This document shows positions 42,001 through 54,341 of a stretch of 64,000 bases of DNA, one piece after another. Numbering within the stretch: position 1 is the stretch's first letter; each line of letters starts with the position of its first letter. Made by a program: the position numbers and the translations under genes. The notes below the pieces were generated by a model, which worked only from the letters and a program-made list of their open reading frames with translations, ran no database searches and was not told where the DNA came from. Source of the DNA: Dimorphilus gyrociliatus (taxonomy: Eukaryota > Animalia > Annelida); the NCBI GenBank assembly GCA_904063045.1, contig CAJFCJ010000016.1, forward strand, positions 868,001-932,000, given 5' to 3'.

Positions 42001-42991
42001 TCGTGGGTAAAACCCAAGTCGACACTCCACCATGGATTTGTCTCTTTCAACGTCATTGAACACTGACCTTCCATCAGGAAGTCGGTTTGTAATACGTCTC
42101 CATCGTTGGCGAGCGAAGGGAGATAAATTGATTCAGTACTGCTCTGATAGGATGGTTTACCTTTAATATAGTCTGATATATAGGGTACTTTGTCCATTGT
42201 TAAAGCACCCTCGGTAACTTGAATTGCTTCGTTGGCTGAGCAGGTTTTCGTTCGAAGTCTACAATTAATATCAGATGAAAAGCTCATCGTAGTACAAATC
42301 TCAGAATCATGACATGCTTGAATACAATCCTCTATGCCCATGAGACTCTGTCCCGGTACATCACTAGATGGTACCCGGAAGTCATCGGGACAAATACTAT
42401 TTCTAGTAAGTTGAAAACCTTCGTGTTCCGTACATGATATATCCATTTCGCTATTTGAGGAAAACTTGAAAGGGGTAAATTGTTGAATTGGTAAGTGTAT
42501 TTGTTAAAAAATAGTAGAATCGTACCCATCCATACTGATTTCTTTCGTACCACGTTCCAGTTGTAGGATAGGCTGATCCGATGTATAATTTTGCTTTAAT
42601 ATCTGAGTAGTAGCTTGTATCTCCAAGCACAGCGCTCGAATACCAATACCAACCGACGACGCTTTAACGAGGAAAACAGCTTATTATTCATTAATGCGAA
42701 TACACGTTAATTCAATACCGATATAGGAACATGCTGCCTTTCGTCGACTTATAAAAGAAAGTATTATCATGTATCCCTAGTGCAATAAATCTTCCATTCC
42801 AAGCTTTCAGACCATTTTCACTACTAGCTCCCGTTAAGAAAAGCTCTTTACAAGCTATAAAAATAATTGAATAGATAATTCCAAAATAGCACCTAATAAA
42901 TATATTCTTCTATTTTTAAACTATTCTTACCTTTTCCATAAACAATTAAGATAATTAAAAATAAGAGAGAAAGCGGATGAATTTTCCACAT
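36174..42991 (-). CDS. Mosaic cell-surface protein, paralogue B (same domain order as paralogue A)
   Basis: Starts [20 protein letters not shown]|[10 protein letters not shown]. Same PAN, FTL (NPWWSVDLG...RTDCC), split CTL (AQKYC...[13 protein letters not shown]), F5/8, PAN, WSC, 7 EGF, 3 TSP1 and LU ([11 protein letters not shown]) domains, plus the hydrophobic tail [15 protein letters not shown]. Confidence 0.88.
37042..37578. repeat. Copy 2 of the 537-bp near-identical segment shared with 29830-30366
   Basis: See copy 1. Confidence 0.93.
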
Positions 42992-44686
42992 GTTTAGTTT
43001 TAAAAATGAGGTTCAAAAGTAATTTCAAACAATTTTTAAACTACATTCAAAAGTGGATATCGCTTTACTAATTTAATTATTTGTAAGGTATGTTATTCGC
43101 TAAAAAAAAGAGGGCAAGTAAGCTAATATCTCTGTCTTGTAGGACCATTTGAAGTAAATAGCCTAATATACGTAAATATTCTTTTGAATTGGTTTTAGTT
43201 TTCAACTTTATTAATTATAATTTTCTAGTTCTTGTGGCTATAACCTCCAGATGTTTCTATAGAATACAGCGCGTTAAAGTCTCCATTCACTTCTAGAGTA
43301 TTGTCTTTCTTTCTCTTTCGTACGTACTGAAAAAATTCCACAAACAATTATAAATCTATAGACATACTATGGCTACTAAAACAACTTGTAGTATTTACAG
43401 TTGTGGCGCGGTACTTTTTATTTTTTACGAGTGCAAAAAAATTCAATGTACACTCTTCGAGAGAAAGTGAGAGCGTGTAAGTCTAAATACAAGATATTTA
43501 TTCTTTTGTCTTCTCTTTGCCTTCTTTGAGAGTATACTTTTATTGATTAAAAAGAAAAAAGAATTATAAATCTTATTGGCAAAGTACATTGTCTTACAAT
43601 CGACACTTTCGTCTTTAATATTCATTCAACCTTACTGTACTTTACACTTGAAAAAATACTTATTAATTTGAATTAAACGCCTTAACCACCTTACTTTTAA
43701 AATTTAATTATATAAAAACTTATGAAACTCTTCATTGTAGTCATTTGCCGTAGAGATAGTATCAGAGATATAAATTAAGGGTTAGGGTTAGGTTTACGAT
43801 TAGAAAAGATTTGTTGCCTGAGGCAGCAAACAGATAATCGATTATTGGATACAAATAGATGAAAACACTAACAAAAATATACAATACAATACCTAGGAGA
43901 ATTTCAGAGGAATATGAAATATGGCAATGATTTATCCTCGTCTTTGGAATCAAAGCATAGGTACATTTTTTACGAATAGGTATGAGGAAATTGCAGTAAA
44001 TGGTGAACCAATTACATGTAGATTTTACGCCTCTATTTTGGTTGTTAAAATAATCAAATGGTGCAGGAATAATTCGACAGTAGTCAAAACCATGACAACG
44101 CTAAAAGGAGTTTCCTAAATCAAGATTGATAAAACGGAGGAAGGCCTATGGTTATATTAAAAAGTAATAAATATTCAACGGTAGAATTTTTCTAGAAACA
44201 ATCTTCTTACAAGTGACGTAAACTACTGAAATTATCTGTAATTACCTTTGGAGGGGAAGGTTTATTTTATAGTAGAGTAATATACTGTCGTTCCAAATTG
44301 AATGCAGATACTGTTCATACTGTACATAGTATCTGTACCAATCAATTTGAATAGAAATACCAAGATAACCTAATTCGGTTAAGAACAACAGCAATGAAAT
44401 GGAAAGAGGTTGACGTAAATCGATAAGGTAAATGTAATGCCCTCTTAGAAACAATAGCTCAGTTGGAGGTATTAAGACAGTAGTCTATTCAAAGGGATTG
44501 GCTGGGAAAATTGTCAAGAGCAGACTAGACACTCAGCATATTTATGCAGATGAGAAAATCAGGTAAATGAGGTTTTTAGGATAATCGTAATGGATTAAAA
44601 GAATCTCTAGAGAATAAAATTATAACGTTTATTATAAATCCTGTAACATGTTTACATTTAACAAATTTAGCATAGCAACTAATCTT

Positions 44687-45904
44687 TTACATAAATAAAT
44701 CATCGTGTACAAAAGAAGGTTTATTATTCCAGTAAACGAACTTGAAAACTTCAGAGTATCTCTTTCTAATCATTGCCGTCCCAGAAAATGTACTTCCAGG
44801 GGCGCGAATTACATTGTTGCAATTACTTAGAATATACCAATCGAGGATAACTTTCCTTAAACCATCACAAGCTTTCTGCGTTGAGGGCGTTGAACCGTTT
44901 ATTTTAATTCTTTTAATATTTACAATAGAACCCTCAGAGGTTAGTAATGGCTTCTTAATAAATTTGGATAATTTAGCAATGGCACTTGTAGAATCGGTAG
45001 CAATGTATATATCGGCCGTTTTATATTCATCCCTCTCTGATTGTTCTTGAATAAATTTACCAATAAATTCAATATTCTCTCTTACTTGAACATGATACGG
45101 TTTCAACACTTCACCATCATTGCCAGTTCTAATATGAGCGCATATCATTTTTGTTTTCTTATCAAAGTATTTATTCACTTGATATTCAATCTCTGGCGTT
45201 AATCTAAATAACAAATCGAATATATTCTCATTAAACGGTAAATTGAAAAAAGTCATTGATTTAATTTTGTCTTCGTCGAAGCCCATTTCAATGAATCTTT
45301 TCTTAAATTGATTATTATGCTTCATATAGTGAATTGAGTGATAAGTGAAAAATTTCACCGATATTACCGTTAGACTTTTATTAAAGAGATTATCGTATAG
45401 TTGAAATTTAGCGCCGGAGCTTAAACTTTGAATAGAAGCGCCGCTATAGAGAACATCAACTTTTTGGGGAAATTTTCTATACCAGTTGATTTTGTTGGGT
45501 AAAAAATATTTCACCAGATCGCATGGTTCCCTCAAATGAATCGCAAACGTTCTATTGGATATTACTGATAGGATATATGCATTGAATATACCAGCAATTC
45601 GATTTCCCCATCCGTTACAGGGACTATTTGATAAGCCGCACTCGAATACCAAAAATCTCTCGTCTCCACCAGCTTTATTAATAGCGTCTCTGCCATTTTC
45701 CATAGAAACAACTTTGTCATCTCCTCCGTTGTTTATTTTGAAAGAATTCCAGGCTAAATTTTCCTTTCTCTCTAATTCATAAGTCCTATGAACTACTCTG
45801 TGCGGTCCTATTAATGCGGTTAGACCAATAAATCCTAACCATATCATCAGACCAATAGAAACGCTTCCCCATCCCCTTCTTTTAAGAAATCTATATAATT
45901 TCAT
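44687..45904 (-). CDS. Single-exon type II membrane glycosyltransferase of the alpha1,2/alpha1,6/O-fucosyltransferase superfamily (NodZ/FUT8-like GT-B), 405 aa
   Basis: Short basic N-tail plus one TM helix, and a GWGNRI loop. It carries the three shared FucT motifs: I ICAHIRTGND, II IYIATDS, III ILDWYILSNC...STFS. Confidence 0.8.
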   Translation of the reverse strand: MKLYRFLKRRGWGSVSIGLMIWLGFIGLTALIGPHRVVHRTYELERKENLAWNSFKINNGGDDKVVSMENGRDAINKAGGDERFLVFECGLSNSPCNGWGNRIAGIFNAYILSVISNRTFAIHLREPCDLVKYFLPNKINWYRKFPQKVDVLYSGASIQSLSSGAKFQLYDNLFNKSLTVISVKFFTYHSIHYMKHNNQFKKRFIEMGFDEDKIKSMTFFNLPFNENIFDLLFRLTPEIEYQVNKYFDKKTKMICAHIRTGNDGEVLKPYHVQVRENIEFIGKFIQEQSERDEYKTADIYIATDSTSAIAKLSKFIKKPLLTSEGSIVNIKRIKINGSTPSTQKACDGLRKVILDWYILSNCNNVIRAPGSTFSGTAMIRKRYSEVFKFVYWNNKPSFVHDDLFM

Positions 45905-47591
45905 AGCTATTCAATTACGTGATGAAGACTTAGTTTACCTATTCTTAGAACGAGTAAACAGTTTTATCCAGTCAAAGAGAGTAGACGATTTGTTGGCTAT
46001 ATTTAGAAGTTTTCTCAATAAATATTATAAATATTTATTTGTTAATGTATACTTTTCACGTAATGTAAAATCTCTTCTATATTACAAGCAACAATGTAAT
46101 AAACTGGCCTTTCCAACTCGCTTTTTCTGCAACGTTGTAGCAACGCAAGCATTTTGTCATTTGAGTAGTTTCTCAATTCTTCATATTAGTATTAAACGAT
46201 GCTCTTGAAGTGAGTTACATAAGAAAGTATTCCATTTACATAAAAAAACATTATAGTGTACTTGGTTAGTCGTAGAGGAAGGTCAATGGTTGTTTATATA
46301 GATGACTATAGCCGGAAACGTCGTTTAGATTAGACGAAGAAAGAGATTTTAATCTGTTATATTATATATATAATTTATATATATATATATTATGCTGTAT
46401 ATTAATAATATACTCTCTTCTAATCTATCTTCTTTGCCTGGTTGTACAAAAAGCAAATACTTGTTGCTTATTGTTAGATCAGGCGTATAGAAAGAGAGTA
46501 CGCGCCATATACAGCATTACCAGATTCGGTAAGAGGAAAGGCGGGAGACGCTTTGAAGGGACTAAGCAATAAAAGTAAACGAAGCCTTTAATAGTTATTA
46601 TAAGATGTTAATTATTTAAAAACGAAAGGCAGCCACTTTATGAAATGTGATAAGTTTTCGTTACCGGTTAAGATGGTCTATTCCACTTAGGAAGATATTT
46701 GTTTCTTTTCTTCTCCTTCTTCTTCTTCTTCATCTTCTCTTTGTTAAATTCTGAAATTTAACAACAGCATTCGAACTCTTCTCTGCTTAATTTTTCATTG
46801 TTTCCCCTTCAACAACGAACTTAATCAACTAGGAATTAATTATGTCATTTTTACTTTTACAAAAGTTCAATAACCTTCCGTGATTAATTATATTTTGTTG
46901 TTAAACAGAGTACTTGTAAGACAGTTAAGTAATTAAAACAGGTATAGTATATTTATTTTTATACATTTATTGCAATTATCTTTGATTTACATTGTGTTGA
47001 AAGCTTAAAGTAAAATTAGACGCTCCTTGCATTTAATAAATACTCATTTCATTGTTGGATGCGTAAGCTTTAATAATGTACTCGTATAAATAGGTGGTAT
47101 ATATTACGGGAAATTCTGAATCCGGCACTCTGACATTACTAGTAATGCGCTGTTTAGTCACCATTGGTGGAGAGGGGAAAAGAAAAGAAAATAGCTGCAA
47201 AAGATGGATATAATCAATTCAATTTTCCATTTATTTCTTTTACTTATTTATAGAGATACACCGAGAATAGAGAAGAAGAAGAAGAAGAAGAAGAAGAAGA
47301 AGGGAAATAGAATAACCAGTAATCATAAAAAAACTACTTTGGCGCCTTCATTTAATTGTATAATATATATAATTATTAATGTATGTTTACAGCCTATATA
47401 TATTTAAAAGAAGTTTAGTACATTGTTGACTTCTAACAGATCTGTACGGAATTTTTTATCCTTGTAACAATTCTATCATTCTTGTTCATACTTTTAAATT
47501 GATAATAAAGACTGCAAAACATAGTCTATAACATACAATAGTATATATCATATATAGTTTATAGCAAACAATACATATATGTATATGTATA

Positions 47592-47682
<91 letters not shown>
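47592..47682. repeat. Long interrupted (TA)n microsatellite (about 90 nt)
   Basis: Direct read, with TG and CA interruptions. Confidence 0.9.
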
Positions 47683-48346
47683 ATTGAAGCAAACTGGCAA
47701 TCATATCCTTTGTCTCTTTGGATTGCAAACTTTCCAATATTTCAGCAGATGTTTAAACTTTCTCTTAAATATACAACTAGTATAGGCTTGATATATATAT
47801 ATAAATTTATATATATATTATGCAATATACAGTATACAAACTCTTTAGACAAGAAAAAGGACTACTGAATATATTCTTTCAAAAAGGATTAATGCAGTTT
47901 AGTTGATGGAAACTGGTATAAAACAACAAAAAAGAGAGAAATTATTAAAAAAAAGCACTATAGATTTCTTCCATTTATTTTGACTTCATAAGATAAATCG
48001 ATAAAATATTAATAAACTTGAGGACGGGAAAGGATTTTTAGGAGGGAAAAATAATTTTCTTGCATGGTTGTTGTTTTTTTAAAAAGAAAAAGAAACAATT
48101 TCCAGATAGAGAGAGAGGGAAAGAAAGATAGACAAGCTAGGTTAGAGAGGGAAACTGAACAGGTGCTAACGACCCCGCCATTTGGTTGGGTAGAGACGAG
48201 ATAAAGGGAAAGGAAAAGGAAAAAAAGATTTAGAGAAATAGGAGCAATTTATTTTTCCCTGCTTTTCTTCTTGTCTCACGTCTCTTACTGAAATTTTCTG
48301 TAAGTTCTGTTGAATTCTTTGAAATTTTCTTTAATAAAACAATTAA

Positions 48347-49432
48347 TCACGTTAAATTTTCTTTATATGTCAAATTTTGTAGTTTTAACTGGTTTTTATC
48401 CAATTTTACAACCAAAAACTTCTTCTCTTGATCCTTAGTTCTAACCAAATGAGTGCTTTGTTGCTCATTTACGCTTATCGAACTATTCGGACAGCTGGTA
48501 AAGAGCATTCGTCTAAAGACGAAAGCGTACAATAAGAAAGTGCAACTAAAGTGAATTGTTTGTAAAAAGTTGAGCACTGATGAAGTTAATACGGGATTAT
48601 CCTTTTTACCAAAAATTTCAGAGTAAAAGTGAAATATTTCGGATGGTGAGACTAGAATTGTATACATGAGAACAAGGAGAATAAGGGTGATTGTCAATTG
48701 ATTCGCCCAATCTTTCTCCTTTTTATGCTCGTCAAGAAATCGACTCCTAAAAGATTTACTCTTCCTTACAGCTCTTATTAAGTTGATGTTAAAAAATGCC
48801 AACATTAAAACTGGAATTCCATAGCCGAATATCGCCCAGCAGCAGGTAACTGGATAGTAGAAATAAGGATTATTTTCGTTGAACATTGATAGGTTGTATA
48901 CATAGAAAGTAGTGTTGTTTGCTGTTATAGTTGTTGGCTTGAAACTCCATATTAGGGGAAGTAGAGCAAGAGACCAAATGAGTGGAATAAGGCATATGAC
49001 TATTAAAATCTTTCTTCTACTTATCCAGTAATTAACCTTAAAAGGATGGCAAATTGCTAAATACTGTATTCCTGATGTTAAAACTGTATAATGAGTGGAA
49101 GTTTTAATCCAGATGTCGCTATAATAGTACTCCAAATGAAACCAATAGTAGTGGAAGTTTCTACTAGTATGTATAAAATTTGGATGAGTGTCAATTTGCG
49201 AAAATGACGGAATTCGTCCAATACAAAACATAATGTTGCTTAAAGCCAAAGCGAACATCCCTAAAAGTGCGCATTTCGATGAAGATTTATGATTTCTCGA
49301 ATTTAATTGTAATATTCTCAAATTCAGTAGATTGCCAACAATTCCAAATAATCCAGTTATAGGAATAAAATACCTTAGAATAATTGATCTGTCAACGTCT
49401 TTACCATTGAAATCGTGCGAACTTGTGTTCAT
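48347..49432 (-). CDS. Intronless rhodopsin-class (class A) GPCR, FMRFamide-receptor-like/orphan invertebrate peptide-receptor-like, 361 aa
   Basis: Seven hydrophobic segments: TM1 GIVGN, TM3 end GIQYLAICHPF, TM5 FGYGIPVLMLAFFN, TM6 LILLVLMYTILVSPSEI, TM7 FSCTFLLY. N-glycosylation sequon NTS at the N-terminus. Confidence 0.88.
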   Translation of the reverse strand: MNTSSHDFNGKDVDRSIILRYFIPITGLFGIVGNLLNLRILQLNSRNHKSSSKCALLGMFALALSNIMFCIGRIPSFSQIDTHPNFIHTSRNFHYYWFHLEYYYSDIWIKTSTHYTVLTSGIQYLAICHPFKVNYWISRRKILIVICLIPLIWSLALLPLIWSFKPTTITANNTTFYVYNLSMFNENNPYFYYPVTCCWAIFGYGIPVLMLAFFNINLIRAVRKSKSFRSRFLDEHKKEKDWANQLTITLILLVLMYTILVSPSEIFHFYSEIFGKKDNPVLTSSVLNFLQTIHFSCTFLLYAFVFRRMLFTSCPNSSISVNEQQSTHLVRTKDQEKKFLVVKLDKNQLKLQNLTYKENLT

Positions 49433-51047
49433 TATATATCCTCGTCCAGTTTACTATATATGCATAGAATACGAATGGTTGTAGAATAGTCCATTACTAC
49501 TTTCCAATACTAAGATATACAGTATATAATTATTTTGTGTGAAAAAATACCTTTTAGAGTGCTTATATATCTTTCAATATAAATTATTTATTAATTTTAA
49601 ATGGAGCAATAATTGCATATTAAAACGTCTATTGCGCAATTTGCCTACATTAAACTATGTAGAAAGTGTCCATCTTAGAGTGTATTATTTCTCATTCGGT
49701 AATATCGTTAACCTATTAGATTAGTAATACTAAAAAATAATGAAATTGGTAAACAGTTTATTAATATTCAATTAATACTTGAATAGCTTACTTGGAATAT
49801 TCTTAAAAATTCTATAAACACAACTTTCTACTTACAGAAGAGAATAGACGTTGAAGAAACTCCAAATCCTACAGTATTTCAACATCATCTAATTTCTCTC
49901 GCGAATGTATATCTAAATTAAAACTAGGGGGCGCGTATAACGTGGAGGAAAGCAGGAGGGCGAGGTGTAATGTTTGACGGCCTCTATAATAATAATTATA
50001 ATAATAATAATAATGCTAGCAATAATAATAGTGATAGCAGCGTAATAAAGTACGTTATCGTTGATAATTGGGACAAGACATAGGGGAAGAATGTAACAAA
50101 TGTGGAAAAAGAAAGCCAAAAAAAATTGGAAGAGAAGAGGAATTATTCTATTTTTACTAATCATAGATAAGATTAAAAAGTAATGATTAATTTAGTCTAA
50201 TAATAAATAAATACATAGATAGATAGAGAGATAGACAGTCCTGAAACTAGTTCAAAATTTCAATCTTTATATTAAAAAACAGTAAAGGCAAATTGAGAAT
50301 ATCTATGCAAGGATATCATAGATGATTCAGTTTTATATTGAATTTCTAGTGATTATCTTATACAAACACGCATTACCTATTCACTCTTTCCCATACATAT
50401 TCTATTCTAAACATAGATGTATATAGTATATAATGTCATCCTATTACAGAGTCATTTTGTATACTTTCTTTACTTTTTCGTATTAATATACTAATACAAA
50501 TAAACGAAAAGGGAAGCGAGTAATGCGGAAAGCACAAAAATCCCTGTCGTACTTTTACTTTTTGTATAAAAGAAATAAACGCACTAAAGGCCTACAGAAA
50601 GAAGAAAACAAATTCTTAACGATAAATTAATCTCTTCTCCATTTTCATTGAATACCTTTTTATTAAATATGATAATTAATCTTATTAAAAGTCAAATGAT
50701 GGCTTATTTATTCAATTTTTAATTGTTTCCTTTTACGATTTTCAATGATTTCACAAAAGTAAAAATTAAACGTTTCTCCTTTTCTCTTTCTGTGAAGAAA
50801 CTATTAATTATTTGACCTGAAGATGAGGTGAAAAATATTAATTATTATGGCAAAGAGAGTATGTATGATGCAATTGTGTTTTGATAGAAAGACAGACAGA
50901 GCGTAATGTATTAGTGAGCGAGCAAGTGAAATGAGCCAAGAGAGAGGAAGTAGACAGAGTTAGAGTTGTATAGCTAGAGAGACGGAAAGAAGGATGTGAC
51001 AATAGACTTGTCATATCGAATATATTATATCATAATATACATATATT

Positions 51048-51083
<36 letters not shown>

Positions 51084-52417
51084 AATGTATATTTGAGCAG
51101 AATAAAAGAAAATCCGGGTTATTATAGCTATCTATCGTTAATTCCACCTCTAAGCTCTCCGATAAATTAAAGGCAAGTTGAACAAGACATCAAACCGAAA
51201 ATCGACAGGTTTATCATTCTGAATAGGGAGAAAAAAATGAAAATTTTTGACTTATTCTTTTACTTACTTACCTAGTTAATTAATTAATTAATTAATTAAA
51301 TTATTAATGAGGAAGACGTTTCTTTTTCTCTTAATAAATGTAAAGAGAAAATGAAATTTGTTACGAGGAAACTGAACAATGAATTATAAAGAGAGATAGA
51401 CAAAACAATAAAAGAAAAGGCGTAAAAAGATGAATATATACTGCTTTAAAATACAGTATACTTTGTATGCTTTACCTTGTATATGAGTTAAGAAAAGTTC
51501 AGAAAATGTTACTCTAATCCCGTATAGATTATTTCCTATTCTATATACTGCATGTATAGATAGAGTATACAGTATTTTTGCAGTATATATTTTGTACTGT
51601 TTATACAATATTTAACGTTTTGTTTTCCTCTTGTATAAGCATTCTATGCCAAGTAAACCAATATAAACTGTACATATTGTACAGATGTTCTAATTGAAAT
51701 AGAACGAATTAGAAATTATAATATAGAAGTAACACTTAAAAGAATGCTTGTCCTATTAAAAGTCGTTTGATGAAGAAATAACGTACCCGATCGTTTAATC
51801 ATACACGTTTACAATAATTTTTTAAATTTTTTAAACGCATTAGGCCTATAAAATATGAAAATATAAATATACAAAGACAAAGTGCTCCTATAGATGTTAG
51901 TACTTTGATACATGTCTTAGATTACGTAAAATTCATCCCTAATTCTCTGTTAATACATTGGTTTGTTAGCAAAACTCGTCGACAACGACTAACAAGGAAA
52001 AGAGAGAGAGAGAGAAGGAAAGAATAAAGAGTATAAAAGAAACTTCGTGTCCAACGTTAAGAATGGTAGTGTTAAAGAAACTGACAACTTTCACGTTCTT
52101 CAAGTACAATTTTATTGTTAAGAATGCTCTATTACAATGTCATGTTCATTATTACAAGGTTAATTTTCACTACAATAATTAACAAAGCGCAAAAGAAAAA
52201 TCAACGTATTTCCTTATAGATTGTCTATTCTTCTTCATTTACATTGTAAGTAGAATAATAGTAATAATAAAAAGATATCAGATTATAATAATTATCATAA
52301 TTAATAGAGTTGTCTCTAGATTTTTTGTTTTTTATAAAAAAAAATTTAACCCTAAAATTGGATGAAACTACCTTTAGGGAAAGATGTAGTCAGTCTACTG
52401 CCGTCTCTATTACAGTA

Positions 52418-52453
<36 letters not shown>

Positions 52454-54341
52454 TATACAGTAGCAAAGAACATTTAATACAAGTTTTTTAATGCGATTAT
52501 AAATGATAGGATTATCGTATTATCTTACTTTTAATTAATTCTTGAAATACATCTTCAATTCTCTCACCAAATATCTTCTTTTAAAAATATTATATACAAT
52601 GAAAATACTATTAAAAAGGTATATTAACGTTCAAAAGGTAATATATTTGAAATTCTACATTTAAAGATGTAGAATAGAAAAGCTATACATGCCACGAAGC
52701 TAGTTGATGTAATCTCTTATTAAATCCCTGTTTAATTATCATTTCTTGTCGAATTATAAAAAGTAATTTCATTTTATCCTCAGTATTATTAATATATATA
52801 TATATATATATGTCTACTATATATACAGAACAATTTACGTAATATATTTATTTACTATTCTTGAATAAATCAACCATTAAATGAACTAAGGTATCTAGAT
52901 AATAGCAAGTTTTCTTTAAGATAAATAATCTTTGTTTTCCTATCCTCTCTCTCTCTCTCTCTGTCTTTCACATTATATTGTCTTTTAAAACCGTTAATTA
53001 ATCAATCAACTAACTAATTTAATCAATTATTTATCTATTTCATCCTATATACAGTATCAATTTTTAAATACTTTTATACAATTCACAATTATTTACTGAT
53101 AAGTAGTAGATTAGCTATTTAACTCTTTCTCCTATGAAAAGATGTCACCTGCTCTACGTTTGGACGAATGGAATCAAGTGACTTATGCTGCCCCCTATCA
53201 CATCAATTTTGTTTCATCTTTACTCCATCTATACGCATTCTATCAGGTGAAAAGGAATTCCCTTTTACTATTTTGTAACATCTCTTCTCTTAAACTTAAA
53301 TTAGCAGTTAGCATATGGCAATTGATGTAATTTCCTCCTAGGCTTACATTTCGTCAAGTTCAAATTACTTATTTTAAAGGTTTTCCATTAGTTTCAATTA
53401 CTCGAATTTTTTTTTTAATTTCCTCTAATACAGAGATAAATAAAAGGGAAAGAATAGTTGCACCAGATAAGAGAAAAGAAGATAAAGAGATTGTAGAAAG
53501 AAGAGAAAATGATGCAAATAAGAAAAAACAAACAAACAAACAAACAAACATGAAATAACAACAAATAAATTAGTATAATGCTTAAATAAATGAATATTAT
53601 CCAATAAACAATGTACTATATATACTATTTTCGATGTCTAGTAGCGTCTTTATGCATATTTTTAGATTAGTTCTAATAATAACGTCAATATATCTATTTT
53701 TAAAACAAACAAGCCAAAAAATGTATGACGTCATCAAGATATGACGCAACTAGGGAGTATTTTCCAATCTATAGAAGGAAGGAGAATAAAAGCTTATAGG
53801 GTAATTGAAACATAATGACAACAATTTACTTAATTAGTAAATGAGTAAATTATATCTCTAAAGAAAAGTGTGTAGAGTAGCGAATTAGAGGAAAAAACAA
53901 GAAGGAAAAGGATGCGGAGGAGGAGGAGGAGGAGGCGTCGAAGGAAAATAAAAAAAAAAAAAAAGTACCTATAGATAAGTTAACAAGATTTATATATAAA
54001 TACGAATATATACATATAAAGACACGGAGCAAAATATTGTCCATTGTTAAAAGTAGTCTGTCGCATATTCAATGCGAAAATACAAACTGTATAATAATAG
54101 CAGTAGTAATGATAAGAAAATAGTAATAAACTTTTAACAAATATGTACACTGTATAATCCTAGTTTGAGTTAGTTTCTCGACTTGTCGCAAAGACTCTCG
54201 ATAGGAGATTTTTTCCATTTTCCTTGTAGAGACTTTCTCATTGGGCGGTCCGTTGAGTAGGGATTAATTAATCGAAATACAAGAGCTAGGAAAAAAAATG
54301 AAACCTTCTCAACGAGCTACTCTTTCGATTAATAAAGCATA

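Noticed and set aside
43775-43795. Interstitial telomere-like TTAGGG repeats
   Set aside because: Only about two perfect units, which is expected by chance.
43800-44560. Slightly GC-richer stretch with a YLG motif suggesting a decayed retroelement
   Set aside because: No ordered set of RT or integrase motifs could be recovered in any frame.
47600-47672. TATGTA/TACATA interruptions in TA tracts as 2-nt Tc1/Tc3 footprints
   Set aside because: They are indistinguishable from single transition mutations in (TA)n, unlike TACWGTA.
47486-47737. Track ORFs consisting of YIYIYI, SLSLSL, RERERE or IIIII runs (also 5777, 17761, 17903, 30135, 37347, 49913, 63189 and others)
   Set aside because: These are translations of microsatellites or antisense shadows of real exons, not genes.
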